Below, one piece after another: positions 1 to 13,097 of a stretch of DNA of 64,000 nt. The position numbers were made by a program, and so were the translations under genes. The notes below the pieces were generated by a model, which made no database searches, was not told the origin of the DNA, and saw only the letters and a list, made by a program, of their open reading frames with translations. The stretch lies in assembly GCF_037042905.1 (NCBI RefSeq), contig NC_087251.1, positions 30,258,001 to 30,322,000 on the forward strand. Direction: 5' to 3'. Every line of letters begins with the position of its first letter. Positions within the stretch are counted from its first letter, which is position 1. This stretch comes from Lytechinus pictus (lineage: Eukaryota).

Positions 1-1031
1 TCAGAAAGAATAAAATGAGTGGAGCAATCTACAACTTGTTTTTATCAAAATCGGTCATAAAAAAAGCGGCGGTTATGGGAGTTTGAAAACTCTTGTTGTA
101 CTTTCTATCGTATCCTCAAATTGGCAAACGTGCTTCAATATGGCTTATTTTGTGGACAACTCTCCATTTATTGTTTTGTACAAAAATTTTCCCAACTATC
201 TTTCAAATTGCATCTTGCCTCCTTCTGAGCACAACATGTGTCATCATGGGAAAATATAATTCACACCACATTATGTCTGAGGTCAGGAGGAATAAGGTGA
301 AATGTATAAAATAAAGGAGAAAATCTGAAAATTTGTGTACAAAACAAATGGAGAGTTCAGTGTCCACAAATTCAGCCATTTTGAAGCATGTTTGCCAATT
401 TGAGGATCCCCATAGAAAGTAAAACAAGACTTTTAAACACCCATAACTTGCTTATTTTATAACCGATTTGGTAAAACTTGTTTTATATTACTCTTTCCAA
501 CGGCTTCTCTTCTTGGGTTTGGTTTCCTTTAAAAATGGGTCCATATGGCCCCAATTTTTAGATACTGGCCTTAAACATGGGTCCATTTTTTTTTTTTTGC
601 TTGTCATATTTTAATAGATCCCTATAATGAATTATATTTTAGTCAAAATTACCCGAAATATGGGTATGGGTTTTGAACCCGCTTCAGCCGCACACCCCCT
701 TCCAAATCAAATCTAAGTACCCCCCCCCCCCCCGGGGGGTCTATAACGTCATAAATTCATCGTTTTTCCGGGTTTTTTTTTCAATTGAAATATTATGGAA
801 GTTGTTTGATATTGCCTTTAATTTGGTCCCACTTTGGTCAGAGACCAGGGGCAATCTATGGCAAGCCGAAACCAACTAGCCGCACTGCACTCCATACAGT
901 GTGTGTGCAGCGCATGCAGTGCCGTGACGTGACGTAGCAGTGACTCATCCTCATCTATCTGCAGTAAATCGCAGACAGCTAAATAAAGTGACAAATTAGA
1001 GGTCCTAAAAGGGATACTTTGTTTCAGATGC

Positions 1032-1328
1032 ATGGCTAGCAGACATGGCAGGCGAAAGATAGCGAAGTCCAAGCCGGGTAAGCGGGGTAGAACGTCAAAC
1101 ATGCATGAACCAGAGGAGGAAGAGATTGATTTAGACGACACGACTGCCAGAACTTTACTCATGTCGGGTTTTACGGTTACCAAAAAGCAGCCCCGCCAGA
1201 GGTTCGGGTTGCTCATTGGACTCTTCCTGCTAGGCTGTGTAGTTGTTATATCTCTAGCTGGAGGGCTAGCTTGGACTTTATCAAAACACACCGATGTGCC
1301 TGAGAATATACCTCCTAACGCAGACAAA
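1032..1328 (+). CDS. QPCTL: Glutaminyl-peptide cyclotransferase (isoQC/QPCTL-like), coding exon 1 of 7: cytosolic tail plus transmembrane anchor
   Basis: ATG at 1032. Basic then acidic N-terminus, then hydrophobic segment FGLLIGLFLLGCVVVISLAGGLAW. Phase-0 donor GTAATT at 1329 joins in frame to exon 2. The seven exons total 1251 nt = 416 aa + stop. QPCT vs QPCTL is inferred from the membrane anchor only. Confidence 0.8.
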
Positions 1329-3801
1329 GTAATTGGAGGAGCTCATGACATTAAGAAAAATGATCCCGCATATGGGCTTTCAACTCAAGCAGTATTTGTA
1401 CGTGAAATTTAACATTGTCATTGATGTGTTATTATTTTTTTTGTTCAAGGGCCAGGTAATGTTACAAATTTTGTAATAATTTGTAATAGAGATTTTGTCC
1501 GTGTGTGTGTTTTTTTTCCCAAAAATCCATTTTGACAATTCATAATAAGCATATAGATATAGCCATACATCATTAACCTGATCATGGTGCATTATTTAAA
1601 TTGTTCATTCTGAAATAATTGATGTAATCTTGATGATGAACTTAGACTTAGAGATTTATAACTTTGGTCTTTTTTTAAAAGAACATTTACTTTGCACTTA
1701 AATGATTATAAGATGATCTGTCAGTATGACAGATCAACTATTAATTTCGTCCGAATTTTCTTTTTATTTATTTTTCATTATTTGATTCACAAGAGGACAA
1801 TCTGATTTGTTATCTTCAAAGAAATAATGATTTATTAATTCCCATTTGATAAATGATTCTTAATTTAATACCATTATGAAAAGGACAATTATTTCAAATA
1901 ATTGAGATTGAAGCACTTTAAGTGTGTGATAGGTTGTTAATAATAATTAATGATAGTATGTTCTGCCATAGTTGTACATGTTGGACATACCTGTCCTGAA
2001 TGCATCTGCCAATACTCCTTTTGCCAAACAGAATTCTGGGTTACATCTATGTTCTTATTTGATTTTTTTATTAAAAAGTTTAATGCTTTCATTATGATAT
2101 TGTAATTTGTAAGTATTGAAATGTATTTGGGATAGAACAAACGTCTTTCACTACATAAATGAATTTACAAACTAAGAAAATTAAACTGACAGAATTTTCC
2201 TGAAACATTCTCTTTCAAAGCAACGTGCTTTGGATTTTGTTGTTGGGGTGTTTTGTTTTATCTTATTAATTATTATTTATTTATTATAATTGTTTATTTA
2301 ATTATTATGATTTTTTTTTGGGGGGAGGGGTATATTATACCAATTTCTAAAATTTTTAAAAGGCTACTTGAAAATTGTGACTTTATGTTTGGGGTCACAA
2401 TTTCATCAGATTTGATTAAAACAAACTCCTTGTTTCTTCTTAACCAGCACAAGGAAATCATGACTTGGTACATGTATGAAACCTGAATTAGTTTTAGTAG
2501 TGGCATGCAAATTGTGCATAGTCATTGATTGCCCTCACCTGTACTTCGTGCAAAATATATTAAATAATCGTCATGTGATGGATGCATACATGACAAAAAC
2601 ATGATAAAACAGTTATGTGCATGGGAGAGTGCACATGCCTTGTTCTAGTTATGAATTGCCTAATTACTTTTCTAATATGGTCTAGAGCTGTTAATTTTTT
2701 CAATAAGAGCAGGAAATAATTACAATGTGTCTTGTATTTCCATGTGAAAGTCAAATACTAAATTTCTTCATGCAAACACATGAAATCACCACTTCACTCT
2801 CATTGCATGATAATATCATAGAGGCATATGCATCTATTATTGAAACTGACATCTGTTAAAAAGTGAGTATTCATTAAACCTGTATTGTTGTATTTTGCGT
2901 CTTCTTAAAGATCAAGTCCATTCCAGAAACGTGTTGATTTGAATCCATAGAGAATAATCAAACAAGTATAATGCTGACAATATTATTAAATAAGAACGTT
3001 ATTACCAGACTAGTTATGACAAAGTTTTGCTTATTTTTCACTAAACAGTTAGATGTACAACTCAGTTATATGCGAGTGAGAGTCAATTATGTCCGTCATT
3101 CACAATTTCTTTTATTTTTATTGTTTGATTTATAAAATATTTCAATAAATTTTTACAGATCTGACAATAAGGTCACTTTTGGTTGAACCATAAAATGTTA
3201 AAACAATGGTAACTCCAGATGTTCAGGGAGAAATAAAACTTTATTTCACATGACAACAAAGAGAAAATTAGAATATTTAATATTTCATGTAATGAAATAC
3301 AAAAGAAATAGTAAACGGATGATTCCATCAGTCTCCTCATTTGCATACCAACCAGGATGTGAATATGAATTTTTGTGAAATAAAGCTAAAATTTAGAATG
3401 TCATAACTTTCTTATTTAACATCTGATTTTTTTTTTCAATGGAATACAAGATTTTTACTTACTTTTTGATTCATGTTTAAATTACCAAAGTTCTTAGTAT
3501 TGTCCTGAGAGCAAGCAATAATCACATGGTTGAAGTGTCATATTCAGAACCAGACCTTACATTTTTTTAATATTTAAAGGGCAATGCCTGTTTTCTTTTC
3601 ATGCACATTTCTTACATGAATTAAACGAAAAATAAGAAGGGCACTACATATATTCATGGTCAATCAATGGGACATCCAAGTCAGGCCATGGTCATGGTGA
3701 CTTTGGATTAATTTCAGCAGGATAGTTCATTTATTGCTTAGCCAAGAGTATAAATTCATATAAACATGAATAGTTATTATCTTGTTGCTGTATCATTGCA
3801 G

Positions 3802-3948
3802 AATAATCACCAAGCATCTTTGCTGAACTCAACTTCCTTTAAATCTGTGGCGAATGCAGTCAATGTACAAGATCTCAAAAGAACTGATTTGAACCCTCTA
3901 CTCATTACAAGGGTTCCTGATACACCTGGCAGCAGAGCGGCACGTGAA
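3802..3948 (+). CDS. QPCTL: Glutaminyl cyclase coding exon 2
   Basis: Acceptor TTGCAG, donor GTAAGT, 147 nt. Encodes ...DLNPLLITRVPDTPGSRAARE, matching the QC 'L.PLL..R.PG..GS' segment. Confidence 0.92.
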
Positions 3949-5355
3949 GTAAGTTCTTTTTTTTTTTTAATTAGAACAGTTTGTTTTCCATGGATGAGAA
4001 GGACCTAATGGTTTCCCCACTATTGATTGCCCTCACCAATGCTGGCTTGCCCTCACCAATGCTGGCTTGCTTCCGTCATCAAGGGTTTACACTCTATGTA
4101 CATGTATGAAGAATATGTATAGTGCCTATTCATTTGTATTATATGCATTTGTGGTCTTATCATTTTCTCTTGATTGTTACTTAACTTGCCCAGATTTGAT
4201 TTCTTACTCAATGAATTGTTCTCATTTGATTTTTCAAAGTAATTCACCCTTGTTTCTATTGGCCATTTTACATTTTCAAACATAATCCAGCAGCCTTTGG
4301 TTTCATGATGCACAGGAAACAGAAATTAACAATCCCTATTGTGTTAGGCAAACAAAAGTTGATTCTTATTGGTTTGCACTTTGCAGTGCAATAATAGTAA
4401 TATTTTACAATATGTCCAAGCACAGATATATCAAATTACTCCTGGATGTATACAATGTTATTTTCTTCCCAAATACATAATTTCATCAAAGATTGCAAAC
4501 TAAATCCACTTGAACACATTTTTATTTCACATTTTCTCACCATTAAGGGAGATTTGCGAACAACTTACAAATTATACATTTTGTTTTATATTGATTATTA
4601 TAATAACTTCCAACAACCTATACGTGCGTAATATTTTGTCCTGCTTGTGAAACATGATTCCTGAAAATATGATAGATTGATCATTGATTGAAGTTTCCTG
4701 TTTCTCTCTTTTCTCTTGTCCTTTAATAATTCTAAAGTGCACGTTAAGAGTTTGTATGCGAGGCCTAACTAATGCTCTCCTATAGAACTCAAGGGCATGT
4801 AACTCATAAACCATGCATGCCATGCCAATATTGTTACAGCTTATCCTCCCCCTTCTTTCAGTTTCAAACTAATGTTGTGCCAAGTTTGATTGGAGGACAG
4901 CTGTTTATTCATGGTCTGAAATAAGCTTTATTCACCAGAAAGATGACTGTACAATTGCCACATTGTGTAGACATGACTTTTGATTCAGTGCCATTATTAT
5001 TTAATTTTTTCAAAATAGTATTCAGCAAGGGTTTGACTGAGATTATTATTATTGCTATTATGATTATATTGTTGTTATTGTTATTATTATCATTATTATT
5101 GTTTTGTTGTTGTTATTATCAGCATTATTAGTTTGTATTAAGTCATTTATATTATTTATTTCTTTCATTCTTTATTTATTTATGTATGTGTTTGCAGTTA
5201 TCATAGTTTGATAACAGATCAACTGATTTTCAAACAAAGTGTCATCCAATCTATCCTTTGTGACTCAGTTTTGTCTGCTTATAGAGATTTATTATAGAAT
5301 GTCATCATTGCATTGGAATTACACCAACACATATGATTCATTCATTCCTTTGCAG

Positions 5356-5634
5356 CACATCATAGGGAAGCTGACCAGTATTGGAGGATGGGACATAAAT
5401 CAACACACATTCCAAGACACTACTCCCTTGGGCGTAAAATCATTCACCAACATCATTGCAACAGCCAACCCAAGTGTCAAGCGGCGTCTGGTCCTTGCCT
5501 GCCATTACGACAGCAAGTACTTTAAACGTCATGAGTTCATCGGAGCTACTGACTCAGCTCTCCCCTGTGCGCAGCTGCTTTATTTGGCCCGATCCCTGGC
5601 AGAGCCCTTGAGGCGGGCTAATGCTACAAACCCT
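5356..5634 (+). CDS. QPCTL: Glutaminyl cyclase coding exon 3
   Basis: Acceptor TTGCAG, donor GTAAGT, 279 nt. Encodes [24 protein letters not shown] and [12 protein letters not shown] (Zn-ligand Asp and both disulfide Cys of M28-family QCs). Confidence 0.96.
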
Positions 5635-5674
5635 GTAAGTTAATATGCTGCTGAAGAATGTTTTAGCTAATCTG

Positions 5675-5888
5675 GGGGGTGTTTCTCAAAGATTTAAGTA
5701 TGACCCAGAGTCATGCTTAAATGCCTCGTTGCACGCATTTTAAAAGGCATGGCCGTATTGGTCAGATCCTGCTAAGAGGACGCGCATTACTGCTTATTGA
5801 TCATTAAGATTGCGCGTTGCATATCATGTATGCGTTGGCATTTAAATGCGACTCTTAAGTCATATTCAAATCTATGTGAAACACCCCC
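5675..5888. mobile_element. PIF/Harbinger-like MITE
   Basis: GGGGGTGTTTC...GAAACACCCCC termini, CTG TSD, palindromic body. Confidence 0.75.
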
Positions 5889-7770
5889 CTGGATGATAAT
5901 GATCATCATCATTATGATGATGGTGAAGATAAAAACGTAATGATGACGATGTTGATTGCTGATTGGTCTACATGTGCGTTGTCTTTCTGTTGGTCCCATG
6001 GTCTAACAATGGCTCATCTACAACCAGTCCATCTATTAACCATTTAGTGTTATATGACACCTAGATAGATCCTTGTCAATTGATTGGTTGTTCGATATCA
6101 TTCAGCCCATTTTACAATAACATCATCAACAGTGCAATTTTGGATCCATTCATCGTGCAATTTTGGATCCATACGATTTTGTCCATTGCACGCGTGCACC
6201 GAGCCACCGATACATGTTGTATGCACGCGATAATCAACAGACCAAGCTCGCACTGCATAAGCATATTTTGCATCAAAATTCATAAATTTCATATGAAATA
6301 TAATCTATTTTAGGTGTCATATAAACCAAATCATGAATGTTCTTTTCATATGTGCAATAGACAGAATACTTCATTCGGTGAAAGATGAAATGAATGATCC
6401 ATTCAACTCGGCATAGCCGAGTTGAATGGATTATTTCATCTTTCACCTCCTGAAGTATTCTGTCCATTGCACTCATAAACATTCATTATTTGTATATTAT
6501 TGCCATTTACTCCATTTACCATTTTGTCTGATTCCCAGGTATATATATATTTTGTATATTATCAACTTGGTCCAACACCATTTGGACTATGTGGTTTAAT
6601 GAACAAAATTATAATTTCATTTGACAAATTTCAAAATGATTAGTAGACAAAGTGGATATTAGACTATTTGAAAATAAGACAAATTAGGTATTAGAACAAG
6701 TTTTGTGAAGACCAAACAGCATTTCAACAAAATTGATAGTAGACTAAGCTATAGACGAAGTGAATATTAGAGTCTGAAAAATATTGAAGATATTGGTATT
6801 CAAGCAGATGATCACAATTTACACCAAAGTAAAAAAAGATATACATCAGAAAATCAATGTCTGAATGGAAAAATTCCCCATCGACCATTGGGTGTTCATG
6901 TTTGAAAAACATAATATTTTAAAATCATTAATTAAGCCAGTTGTATATACATCATACAGTTTTGTCATATGTTGAAAGTAAATTCTTAGGAAAACACTTG
7001 TTATACTAGTCTAATTAATAACGATATTCTGGTTCTCAACTACTATGCCACACTTACGCATTGTCTTCATATTCAGACCCTAATCACATACAAGTGTATC
7101 CCATCCTTGCACCCAATAACCCCCCTCCCCCCTTTCCCATTCTTGCATCGCCCCCTGATTTGCAAAAAATAAAATTTGTCGGGCATGTTCCAGGGAAAAT
7201 GAATAGATCCATATTACTTTAGAAGTTATAGATATTTCATCACCTTGATTGGGATTATTTGCCTAAAAGCAAACTCTTCTTGTTTTAAATGTTTAAAGAA
7301 TAGTCATTCTTCATCTTGTATATTTCTTCTTGAAGGTTGGGTAGAAAGGTTTGTAATAGAAACAAGACTGCAATGATGCAGTCAGAATCTAATCTATAAA
7401 ATTATTTTGTAGTGATCCAATAGGAATATTATCCCTGTCAAAAAATGGTACAAACTTGTAAATTTCTTCATGAAGTTTTCATTTAGCATCTTTTAGTTAA
7501 AAAATTGTATGTCTAGGGGAAGGTCCACTCACTGTCGTAACTTATGAGTTTATAGGTACTTGCCCGCATTTTGAAGTCTAGTTTGAGTTAGGCCATGGTC
7601 TAACTCTGTGCTGACATTGTGTTTACTGTGGGTTTTCCACATGCTCTTGTGACAGGGAAAACTATTCTAATTATTATTCCCAGATAGTTATGAATGATTT
7701 TTAGTGTCATATGAGCTTTTAAATTGAAAAAGTACTGTGAGAGATTTTTGTCATGATTGATTGTCCATAG

Positions 7771-8079
<309 letters not shown>

Positions 8080-9046
8080 TAGGACTTTCTCTGCTGCAAC
8101 ACCTCTTTTGAAAAATGTTTGCCTTTAGATTTAAGAAGTATAACATCATATGAGACTTTCAAATCTAAACTGAAGTCTGTCTTTACTAACATTATCAGAC
8201 CTTTGCACTATGACACTCGTCCAAACTCTCTGATGCTTTCTATTTTTCTTGCACGGCTTGGAATAGAATATTTCTAGGTAGTCGACACTATATAAATGCC
8301 TTATTATCATTGTTTTCTTTAATTGCCTGGCATAAAGCACCATCCAAGCAAATAGTTTGGGGATTTTTGAAATTTCCTGGATCCACGCTCTCAGCGGAAT
8401 GCGAATTAGTACCTGCGTCGTCCCTTCACGGGACTTGCCCAGTGGAGACACCTTTCTGACCAGTGCGTCCGAGAGATTGCATGATAATTGACATCACGGA
8501 ATAGCAAAATTTCTTTAGTGGGCATTTTGTTTCAACAGCATAGCTAGAATATGTTTGGTCACATGATGCTGTTTGAACCAATCACTATAGAGGATTTAAT
8601 TTATGTAGGATATAATGATGTTAATGAGCTTATTCTCTAGATGAATATTCGCTGTATGTTTTAGGGATACATACCATATTGCATAAAAATTCTAGGGGAG
8701 GGAGGGAGGGTATGTTTCATTAAAGACATAGAGATTACATGTCTATACAGACTACCTTTCTTGTCAGTGTGAGAAATGTAAAATAAAAGAGTAAAGTTCT
8801 CATATCGAAAAGTAGTGTAACTTTTGAACAAGAAAGGCTTGAAGAACTGTTCATCCTTCATTGACAGTGCACTACATTTCCATAATTCCAATGAGATTTT
8901 TAGCTAAAAAAAAGTAATGAATTTGGTCATATGTTGTTTAAAAGTAAAGATAAAAGGCTCCTCTCTAACTCTTCATTTTCAAAGTAAAGTCCTATTGAAC
9001 TCCTCCTTCATCTCACATTATAATAAAACTTTGTTATTTCTTTCAG

Positions 9047-9146
9047 GATATGTTTGTTTTGCTGGATCTATTAGGAGCAAGGAATCCACGTTTCTATGAT
9101 TACTTCCAATCAACATCAGTCTGGTACAACCACATGAGGAATATAG
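9047..9146 (+). CDS. QPCTL: Glutaminyl cyclase coding exon 5
   Basis: Acceptor TTTCAG, phase-1 donor GTATAT, 100 nt. Encodes DMFVLLDLLGARNPRFYDYF..TSVWY. Confidence 0.94.
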
Positions 9147-9685
9147 GTATATAGCTATTTTATACATTCTCAAACTTAGCATTTGCAAGCTCTGAACTTC
9201 ATAGTGTTTGTTATAAATCAGTCAACTCGTGGTACCTTTCATATAGTTAAAAGGACCAAACTAGAGAGGCAAAGGGAGAACATCACCCTCCCTGGTTACC
9301 CCTGATGCAGTTGTCCTGGGCGGCTTCCTCGCTGAAGCAATAATTACGAGGTCTTAGAATCACTTTGATCAGTTTGTGATAAACTTTTACATTTTAAACC
9401 ATTGCCTATAGGAACTAATTGGTCAATGTAGAGAGTCTTTTAGAATTAGAGAATTTTGTAATGGGTTGAGGAGCCCTCTCTCCATGTTAGGTCTCACTTT
9501 GTTTCCATAAAGTTTGTTTAAGATTGACTCAAAGTACATGATGGAGTTATAGTAGCAACCATTTCATGGGACCCAAAATGTCAGAACAAATGCCCTTGGA
9601 ACAGGAGGGGTTAGAAGACTTAATTCGATGTGATGACCTTTATTGACCTTTAATTGTTTAGTCATATTCCTTCCATGATTTGTCA

Positions 9686-9921
9686 CAGTTGTGCTCAAAA
9701 GTTAGTGAACCTCACCACAAGATGCACCCCTTCATGCTGAGTGTTGAATGTAGACAGCAACTTACATTGCAATGTTCGACATGCCCAGAGAAAAAAACTT
9801 CATCGATTATAATATTTTAACAATGGACTTCACAATTAAGTATCTAAAAGATGGTATAACTTGAACACTTTAAATATGTTCATTTTTCTGGTGGGGGTTC
9901 ACTCTCTTTTGAACACCACTC
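9686..9921. mobile_element. Degenerate Tc1-like MITE
   Basis: CAGTTGTGCTCAAAAGTTAGTGAACC and imperfect reverse complement GGTTCACTCTCTTTTGAACACCACTC. Confidence 0.6.
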
Positions 9922-10508
9922 TAGTTCCATTCTAAGTTGGTGTATTTGAGCCTTGCTTTCATAGATTATTGTTTTATGAGATTATGGAGTGTATGCCATG
10001 GCTCAAACCCACCATTAGAGTGAAGCGTTAAGAAAAAGTTCATCATCATCAGTAATGTATCACTTGGAGATGATTTTTGAAATAACATACAGTGAAACCT
10101 GTTTTTGCTACCACCTATCTTTAGTAGCCACCTGCAAACAGTGACCACTTAAACCAATATGTCTAAGGGGGTGTTGCAAGAAAATATTTGAAATCAATCC
10201 CAAATTTTCTGTTGCAATTTTGCAATTGAATGATTACTTTTAACTATAGCAAATCAGATTACACTCCTTTTTTCATGGAGTAGATTAGCTATCAGTCGCA
10301 AATTTGCAATAAATTGCACGGCATATACTTGATTTTGGGAACAAAAATAGACTTGTAATTGATCGCAAGTTTCTTGCAGCGCCCCATAAGAACCTGTTCA
10401 CAGCAGTCGCCTGTCTATAAAGTCCACATTTTGTGTTTCCCATTGGTGGTCATTACAGACAAGTTTCACTATCACACTGTATCTCTTTCTTGTTACCACC
10501 ACTCACAG

Positions 10509-10625
10509 AGCAAAGACTGAAAAGAAGCAGAGTGTGGACTGGAAGTACAACCAATAATTACTTTGTAGGCGGTACTCATTACAATGCTGGTATGCAAGAT
10601 GACCACATCCCATTCTTACAAAGAA
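10509..10625 (+). CDS. QPCTL: Glutaminyl cyclase coding exon 6
   Basis: Acceptor TCACAG, donor GTAAGT, 117 nt. Encodes EQRL...MQDDHIPFLQR (conserved DDH motif). Confidence 0.94.
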
Positions 10626-11825
10626 GTAAGTACCTTCTCTCTGAAAACCTCTTTTAATATTGTAAGCACATTAAGAGCAGAACTATTCTGTTATTTTAGA
10701 CACCTTGTTAAAAGTAAGAGTCGCGTCATTTCCGCAGGAATACCTCAAGCAGCTTTTCATTACCAATTCTCACATTTCATCATCATCATAGACAAAGTAC
10801 TGGGGAATGCTGCTGTGAAAAGAGCCAAAGTGCCCTTCTAAATTCTTCTAGGATTCATGCAAGAAGACGCAGCACAGACTTTGACAAGTTACATCATGTT
10901 GTAAAGCTCTCCTGGAATAGTACTATAGAAAGGCATCATGATCATATGAGTGCCAATATTTATTTATGTACCGGTAAATATATATTTTAAGTATTGAAAT
11001 GGACTTCTTCAAATTGTGAGAAGTTCTTACTATAGCGTTAGGTCCTATTTTTAAAAAATACTTGAATACTTAAGGTGGACACACAAGGCAATGGCCTCAT
11101 ATGCCATGAATCTGGCATTTCACACACAAAAAAGTATATTGCAATGTTTGGATAATATCACATCACACACCAGTCCAGAGCAAGCAAGTGCCAATAACTA
11201 AGTGAAATATTGTCAGTGTACTCGTTTTTCAGTATTCATTGTGTGATTGATTTGAATTTGAACATGTGGCCCGCATATTGTAAGGGGATTAATACAGTTT
11301 ACTTTCCTACTAAGCTCCCATATGGCATGGTCTAATGAATTATAATTATATCCCAAGCTATTGTTTATTTGATTATGATCTCTTAGAATATTTTCAGTAA
11401 GATCTTTGGAAACCTCTGAAATACTTTCTTTAACTGAATAGACAATATTCATTCCTGCTTAAAACAATATTACTCTTCATGTGGTATGTGAAGCTAAGTT
11501 TGATAAAGTGTCATGTGGAACCTTAAATTTTGAGGTGACTAATTCCAAACTAATATACCAGTCAGTGGATTAATAGATAAACATAATTTTTGCTTGGTCT
11601 GATTTTTACTTTAACGTAATTATAATAACATTGATCAATAAATGTTTAATTGATACTTCTAGAATAGATCAATTAAATTCTTCTTCTTGCAGTGATACAA
11701 TATGAAATCTTTATACAAATCAATACATGTTCACTATTATGTAATCTTTTTCTTTGTTATCAATTTAACTCGCTTTTTATCATTTCAAACTTTTTCTTTC
11801 TTTCTTTCTTTCTTTGTACTTCCAG

Positions 11826-11980
11826 ATGTAAGAATTTTGCACCTTATCCCAAATCCATTCCCGAATGTTTGGCACAAGTTGAGTGACAATGCAGCAGCCT
11901 TAGATGATAACACCATCTCAAACCTCAGTAAAATCTTTCACATATTTGTGGCTGAATATCTCAGCCTCCCTGCTCCATGA
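11826..11980 (+). CDS. QPCTL: Glutaminyl cyclase coding exon 7 (terminal)
   Basis: Acceptor TTCCAG. Encodes NVRILHLIPNPFPNVWHKLSDN...FVAEYLSLPAP* (Zn-ligand His in WH). Stop TGA at 11978-11980. Confidence 0.95.
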
Positions 11981-12960
11981 TGACTTGGATCCATACAATG
12001 TGACCAAACTGTAATTTTAGAAGAACCTTTTGTTCTAATTCTTTATGGGGATATGTATCAAAACATTCCTTGTTATTTTTCTCCTTTTGGGGGACAGTTA
12101 TCAAAACGTACCTTTTAAATATTTCTTCTTTTTGGGGACAGGTATTGAAACATACATTTTTTGCCTTTCATTTTGGGGAATGGTCGGCAGGCATACATTG
12201 TAATTTTCTTATCAAAGCGTAGTTATGATTGTTATGTCAAGCAAATATGTTTTGATAATTTAGGGTCGTCTGCCTTTTTATCCAGCTCTTTTTCATTCTT
12301 GCATTCACTAAGGGAAATATTTGAGGGATCTTGGCTTATGTAGGCATACTGGAGTGGAAAAAATCTTCTTTTTTTTTACAACAATATTCATATGTTTACA
12401 TGTTATGATAAATACAATCGCAGAAAAGTCACACATATGAAACATATGATGGGTATGGTAAATTAGACCTGAAATAAGATTAAATTTCTGTTGGGCCTAG
12501 CGCCACAAGTTGAACTCGCCGATTTGTATGAGAACAGAATAGCAAAAGAAACAATGCAGTTGTTCACACTAATCTAGTAATTTTTATCTATGACTGTCAG
12601 TGTAGTAGGTTTCACGGTACACCAAACTCGATGTTTCAACAAGTGTGTTCTTGTCATCTTCAGGAAAACAAGAACACACTTGTCGAAACATCGAGTTTGT
12701 TGGTCATTTTTCAGGACCAACACTTGCCCAAGAAAGATACATGGTGTACCATGAAACCTACTACACTATTCTACTTCACCATGGAAACCTTCAGAAGTTA
12801 TATGTGAGTGTCGGTCCTCCTAAGAGGGGGGGTGACAATGTTAGATATATCTGAGAATATAAATGATATAAGCCATAAAATTTGGTGCGATATGAAGCAT
12901 GTAAGTCAATTAGATCTGTGGTATGTTTTATGGCTCACTGAGCCTACAATTTCAATTCAG

Positions 12961-13097
12961 GCGGGTGTTTCATAAAGCTGTTTGTAAGTCAAGAGCGACT
13001 TTAAGAACGACTGGTGATCCTTTCTTGTGGTAAATGATATTCACCACTCGTTCATAAAGTCGCTCTTAACTTGCGAACAGCTTCAAGAAACGGCCCC
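12961..13097. mobile_element. PIF/Harbinger-like MITE (same family as 63693-63855)
   Basis: GCGGGTGTTTCATAAAGCTGTT...AACAGCTTCAAGAAACGGCCCC with CAG/CTG flanks. The empty site is visible in the adjacent duplicate near 13380. Confidence 0.75.

Noticed and set aside
818..1327. 169-aa minus-strand ORF
   Set aside because: Antisense shadow of the GC-rich QC exon 1 and 5' UTR; non-ATG start and no recognisable motifs.
4027..4070. 20-bp tandem duplication TTGCCCTCACCAATGCTGGC
   Set aside because: Trivial intronic slippage duplication.
11978..11983. Double TGA TGA stop of QC as a link to the UCA tRNA or Sec recoding
   Set aside because: The protein is complete at the normal QC C-terminus, no SECIS is evident, tandem stops are common, and a tRNA would act in trans.
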